From: Candidatus Magasanikbacteria bacterium RIFCSPHIGHO2_02_FULL_48_18
GTDB taxonomy: Bacteria > Patescibacteriota > Patescibacteriia > Magasanikbacterales > UBA922
Assembly: GCA_001784285.1 (NCBI GenBank)
Contig: MFQC01000011.1
Span: 67,640 to 131,639 of the forward strand
Length of the DNA: 64,000 bases
Direction: 5' to 3'
Shown here: positions 59,727-64,000 of the stretch, in pieces
Layout: the number at the start of each line of letters is the position of its first letter
How positions within the stretch are numbered: position 1 is the stretch's first letter
Translations under genes and position numbers: made by a program
Notes under the pieces: model-generated
Told to the model about the DNA's origin: nothing
The model's input: only the letters and a program-made list of their open reading frames with translations
Database searches by the model: none

Positions 59727-60893
59727 TTACACCCGCTCTTTCAGCCGAGCAATATGCCCCAAAAACTGCTGAGCGGTTTTTTGCCATGTAAACTCCTGCG
59801 CCCGTTGCTTTCCTTTTATGCCTAAAGCGGACGCCCATGCTCTTTCTTGAAACAACCGAGCGAGTCCGCGCGTTATTTCTTCGCTATTCATTGGGTTCAC
59901 AAAGTACGCGGCATCCCCTGCCACCTCCGGCAGTGACGACCGTGCGCTCGTTATAACCGGCGTGCCGCTTGCCATGGCCTCAAGAACCGGAAAACCAAAC
60001 CCTTCGTACAAACTTGGATACACAAAAACGCGCGCCAGCGCGTACAATGCCGCCTTTTCTTGCGAGTCCACATAGCCCAGAAATCGAATATCCGGCGATT
60101 GCCGCATGCGAGAAAGGATGCTCGTATTTTTCCACCCCTTTGCTCCGGCAATGACGCATGCACAATCGTCAAAAAGATTGGGATATTGTTTTTTGGCCTG
60201 CGCAAATCCTTCCAGCAACGCAACAATATTTTTTCTTGGTTCAATCGTTCCCACAAAAAGAATAAAATTTTTCGGCAACTGATATTTTTTTTGGACATCT
60301 TCGGGCGAAGACATGCCGAATGCCTGCATCGACGAAGAAAGGCCCGGGGGCAGGACATGAACCCGGTCTTCTGAAATCTGATAATACTCAACAACATCCC
60401 TCTTTGTATTTTGTGAAGGCGTAAAAATGATGGCCGCTTCATGACATTGTTTTTTTGGTTGGAGCAGGGAATGCCACAGCCGCTGTTTGGGCGTGTAGCA
60501 GTCAGGAAAATATTCAAACGAAAGATCGTGAATAGTCAAAACATGTTTTACTTTGGGAGAAATCGCGGTAAAATTCAAATTCGGAGAAAAAAAGATATCA
60601 ATCGGAATATCTTTTTTTTGTTGGTGCGTGATGAGCCGATCAATTTTTGGCTGCCGAAAGAGAGCCGTGGAAAGATGAAATATTTTGTTTGGGTATCGCG
60701 TATGAATATACTGAACATTCGAAAAAGACCGCGCGGGCAAGACGTCGGCAACCGAACCTCGCGCGTTGGAAAACAAAATATACGTGTTTATGTCATCACG
60801 AGCAAAAAGCGCGGCCAACAGCCCAAAGGTGTATTCCGCAACCCCGGTCCGTTCATGGGAAAGAAGACTGCGGATATCAATGCCGATCTGCAT
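59727..60893 (-). CDS. Glycosyltransferase family 4
   Basis: MQIGIDIR, TGVAEY, GTIEPRKN, YPSLYEGFGFPVLEAM. Confidence 0.93.
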   Translation of the reverse strand: MQIGIDIRSLLSHERTGVAEYTFGLLAALFARDDINTYILFSNARGSVADVLPARSFSNVQYIHTRYPNKIFHLSTALFRQPKIDRLITHQQKKDIPIDIFFSPNLNFTAISPKVKHVLTIHDLSFEYFPDCYTPKQRLWHSLLQPKKQCHEAAIIFTPSQNTKRDVVEYYQISEDRVHVLPPGLSSSMQAFGMSSPEDVQKKYQLPKNFILFVGTIEPRKNIVALLEGFAQAKKQYPNLFDDCACVIAGAKGWKNTSILSRMRQSPDIRFLGYVDSQEKAALYALARVFVYPSLYEGFGFPVLEAMASGTPVITSARSSLPEVAGDAAYFVNPMNSEEITRGLARLFQERAWASALGIKGKQRAQEFTWQKTAQQFLGHIARLKERV

Positions 60894-62019
60894 ATTGCCA
60901 CACGTCAAGGGCGCACTGGAGAAGGCCGCGCTGTGACTCTTCATAGCGGTCTTCCACGTACTGCCGTATGCGACGTTTAAAATTGGCCGCATCAAACCGC
61001 CCGGCTTGTTTGCGGATATGAGCGCTATCCCATTCCGACGGATGAAAATGAATGACGGCGTCGAGCAGGGATTCCCATGTTTGTTCATGAAAAAAAATAC
61101 CGGTTTCGCCAGGGATGACGGTCTCGGTGACCCCCCCAACACCATACGCAATAACCGGCCGGCCGCTCGCCATGGACTCAATCGGCGTAATGCCCAAATC
61201 TTCAACCTGCGGATGAATAAACGCGCGCGCATGAGACAAGAGATCGGCTTTTTGCTGTTCGTCCACTTTTCCGAGAAAGAGAATATTCGATTTTGCGTAT
61301 TTTTTGAGCCGCTCCATTTCGGGTCCGGTTCCAAAAATCTTGAGCGGAATGTTCAGTCGGTTGAATGCTTTTATCAAAATATCGAATCGTTTATAAGGCA
61401 CGAGCCTCCCGCCGGACACAAAATAATCGCCAATATCCGGAGAAACAAAAAACTGATCGACGCCAACCGGCGGGTAGATGACGTCGCTTTCGCGGCGGTA
61501 ATATTTTTGAATTCTATGCTGTACGGTTCGGGAATTTGCAAGAAAATAATCCACACGGTCAACACTCATCGTGTCCCACAGCCGAAGACGGTGGATAAGG
61601 CGCGGGAGAAATGCTTTGATCCATCGGCCGTATCGAAGATCTTCAATATATTCATGCGTGTCTGTCCATAAATACCGCGTGGGCGTGTGACAGTACGAAA
61701 TATGCAGTGTTTCCGGCCGCGTGAGCACTCCTTTTGCAAACGCGCTGGTCGAAGAAATCACCACATCAAATTGATGAAGGTTGTGCCGTTCGGTCGCAAC
61801 CGGCATCCATGGCAGATACCACCGGTAATGACTCTTATGGAATGGGAGTTTCGCAAGAAAAGATTGGCGGACATCGGCATGATGAAAATCCGCTATTTTT
61901 TTCTTGTCATGAAATAAAACAAACAAAGGCGCTTCCGGCCATATCTCGTGGAATGCCTTGAGGACGCGTTCGGCGCCGCCGTCTTGCGATAGATAGTCAT
62001 GGACAAGAGCAACCTTCAT
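60877..62019 (-). CDS. Glycosyltransferase family 4
   Basis: VALVHDYL...GGAERV, YCHTPTRY, RLVPYKR, EDLGITPIESM. Confidence 0.93.
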   Translation of the reverse strand: MKVALVHDYLSQDGGAERVLKAFHEIWPEAPLFVLFHDKKKIADFHHADVRQSFLAKLPFHKSHYRWYLPWMPVATERHNLHQFDVVISSTSAFAKGVLTRPETLHISYCHTPTRYLWTDTHEYIEDLRYGRWIKAFLPRLIHRLRLWDTMSVDRVDYFLANSRTVQHRIQKYYRRESDVIYPPVGVDQFFVSPDIGDYFVSGGRLVPYKRFDILIKAFNRLNIPLKIFGTGPEMERLKKYAKSNILFLGKVDEQQKADLLSHARAFIHPQVEDLGITPIESMASGRPVIAYGVGGVTETVIPGETGIFFHEQTWESLLDAVIHFHPSEWDSAHIRKQAGRFDAANFKRRIRQYVEDRYEESQRGLLQCALDVWQYADRH

Positions 62020-62021
62020 AG

Positions 62022-62858
62022 TTAGATAATAATCATGGGAATCGTCTGTCTGAATATGTTGTCGCTGTGTGGCGCCTGAGGCGACAAGAGGGCTTTCCGA
62101 GATGCCCGTATAATTTTCCGGTCCGGGTCAGAAAAGAGGGCGCTCCCATGGCCATCTTTGAGAGAAAATATACTATACAATATATATGATCGAAAAGAAA
62201 ATGGATGTTTTGTATAGCAATCATACGCTTTTTCTATCATAGAAAAGACATACGCGCAATCATCTTGAGATATTTGGCTTTTGGGGGACAGTTTGGAGCA
62301 AAGAATGCGCTGACAGAGAATTTGGTCGTCCGTCCCCATATCCGGCAAGACATGCTCCCGTATTCCCCGAATGGAAAACAGAGGCACCCCGTAAGGAATG
62401 GCTATATGTTTTCCAAACGCCAAACTCCATAATGCCTGAAGCAGGGCTTTTCCCGCGTGATAGACAGATGCTTCTCCGGCTGTCGTGCGAGAGAGAAAAA
62501 ATTCTCGATATGCAACTTTGAGCGCCGTGTTTCGCAACAATCGGGCATCATACGGCGAGCAATACCAAGCCCCTTGTGCATCCCACCCTTCTACAAAATA
62601 CAACTTATGACGAACAAGCGGCATCGCGGAAAGAATAAAGCTTGGTGTGATACCAAGCTCTTGCTTCAAATGACAAATCGTTTCTTTCTCACGAACAAGA
62701 CGAAATAATTCTCTCAGAGAATATGCGACCAAGTGGCAATCAATATCGCTGAAGATGCCCGCCTCGCCAAAGACATGGCTGCCGGCAAAAATAATTTTGC
62801 CGTGAAAATTGATCCGCTCACAGAGCAAACATATATTTTGTTGGAACCGCGCATCCAT
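62022..62858 (-). CDS. Hypothetical protein with nucleotidyltransferase-like motif
   Basis: AGSHVFGE...SDID near the N-terminus. Confidence 0.55.
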   Translation of the reverse strand: MDARFQQNICLLCERINFHGKIIFAGSHVFGEAGIFSDIDCHLVAYSLRELFRLVREKETICHLKQELGITPSFILSAMPLVRHKLYFVEGWDAQGAWYCSPYDARLLRNTALKVAYREFFLSRTTAGEASVYHAGKALLQALWSLAFGKHIAIPYGVPLFSIRGIREHVLPDMGTDDQILCQRILCSKLSPKSQISQDDCAYVFSMIEKAYDCYTKHPFSFRSYILYSIFSLKDGHGSALFSDPDRKIIRASRKALLSPQAPHSDNIFRQTIPMIII

Positions 62859-62879
62859 ACAAGAGTAACCGGGCCAGAA

Positions 62880-64000
62880 TTACAGCGCCTTTCTTTTTTT
62901 CAATAAAATAAACGGCGTTTTCAGACAAATGATCATATCCAAGAGCACTGTCCATTTTTCAATATAAAAAATGTCCAATTTCATTTCTTCTTCAAATGAC
63001 AAGTCGCTTCTGCCGGAAATTTGCGCAAGGCCGGTAATGCCCGGCTTTAACGTAAATACTTGCTTGTACGTTCGTTCGTACTGGCGCACTTCCCGGGGCT
63101 GGTGCGGCCGAGGACCCACAACGCTCATTTCGCCTTTCACCACATTCAAAAATTGCGGCAACTCATCCATGCTTGAGCGCCGTAAAAAACGGCCAAAGGG
63201 CGTTACCCGAGGATCGTCCGGTATCTTATAAATCGGCCCAATGCGCGCACTCTTTTTTTTGATGAGCTCTTGCTCTTTTTTTTCCGCTTTTTTGCCGGAC
63301 GCGCCAAACTGCGGCCCTGTGGAATCTTCTTGATACATGGAACGAAATTTGAACGTAAAAAATGGCTTTCCGCGCAAGCCAACCCGTTCGTTCTTATAAA
63401 TAATTGGCCTTCCGGTTTCGAGGGCAATAACACAGGCAATCAAAAAAAAGAGCGGACTCAGAAGAATGAGAGCAATGATGCTGACGACCACATCAAAACC
63501 GCGCTTGACCACTCGTCCCCACCCATCAAGCGGCGTGCGCTGGAGCTCCACAATAGGAATCCCGGCAAGCGGATGAACCGACATGTTGCTCGCGATTGTG
63601 GCAAAAAGATCCGCCGAATATTTAAAAACGTTATGATGCTGGTTGCAAAACTCAATCGCGGCAACGGCCTCATTTTCGTGCGCGCGCGGATTGGTAAAAA
63701 ACAATTCATCAATATTCAGCAAAGCAGATGCCGCTTCTGTTTCTTTTGAAAACGTTTTGAAAACACCCACAACCGCGTATCCCAATTCTTTTCTCGATTC
63801 AAGCGCTTTTGTGATCCGGTCAGCAACAACGTCACTTCCAATGATAACGACACGACGAAGCCCCATTCCTTTCCGATAAAGCAATGCTTTCAATCCGCGC
63901 AGAAGCAGGCGTCCGAAAATTACGTAAACAATGGCAAATCCCCACGCGGCCACCACCAAAAAACGAGAATCAAATAATTGCTGTGTAAACATGACATACA
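62880..64000 (-). CDS. Priming sugar-phosphate transferase (WcaJ/WbaP family), start beyond window
   Basis: KRGFD, FKFRSM, DPRVTPFGRFLRRSSMDELPQ, VGPRP, PGITGLAQ. Confidence 0.95.
   Translation of the reverse strand, partial: YVMFTQQLFDSRFLVVAAWGFAIVYVIFGRLLLRGLKALLYRKGMGLRRVVIIGSDVVADRITKALESRKELGYAVVGVFKTFSKETEAASALLNIDELFFTNPRAHENEAVAAIEFCNQHHNVFKYSADLFATIASNMSVHPLAGIPIVELQRTPLDGWGRVVKRGFDVVVSIIALILLSPLFFLIACVIALETGRPIIYKNERVGLRGKPFFTFKFRSMYQEDSTGPQFGASGKKAEKKEQELIKKKSARIGPIYKIPDDPRVTPFGRFLRRSSMDELPQFLNVVKGEMSVVGPRPHQPREVRQYERTYKQVFTLKPGITGLAQISGRSDLSFEEEMKLDIFYIEKWTVLLDMIICLKTPFILLKKRKAL

Noticed and set aside
1..64000. CRISPR array, rRNA, transposase, integrase or prophage structural genes
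   Set aside because: No repeat-spacer periodicity or corresponding motifs were found by eye

Overview
Bacterial chromosomal window whose gene content suggests a Patescibacteria/CPR (Parcubacteria/ABY1-like) genome. This is inferred from DUF4012-like, YibE/F and four-helix-bundle genes, few clear Shine-Dalgarno sites and tRNA-Arg(UCG). About 1-25 kb is a large surface-glycan locus (GT2/GT4s, AsnB, seven methyltransferases, Wzx, SGNH, UDP-GlcA decarboxylase) containing a diverged, partly decayed duplicated cassette. About 25-52 kb is mostly housekeeping: rpsL-rpsG-fusA, rpmB, ndk, uvrD/pcrA, tgt, queA, malic enzyme, mltG, rpmF-nusB-rnc, transketolase and four tRNAs. About 52-64 kb is a second envelope locus. 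The best non-coding signals are: (1) a terminator/antiterminator switch with an AGUA/GAA motif in the rpsL leader; (2) an unassigned ~133-nt structured RNA with its own promoter and terminator upstream of uvrD; (3) a four-helix-bundle gene framed by inverted repeats between rnc and tRNA-Lys; (4) a two-copy ~110-bp triple-hairpin element; (5) a chimeric tRNA-Pro-like remnant; (6) a 17-bp duplication of the fusA 3' end. No CRISPR array, rRNA, transposase or integrase was seen. All calls were made by eye; no database searches were run.
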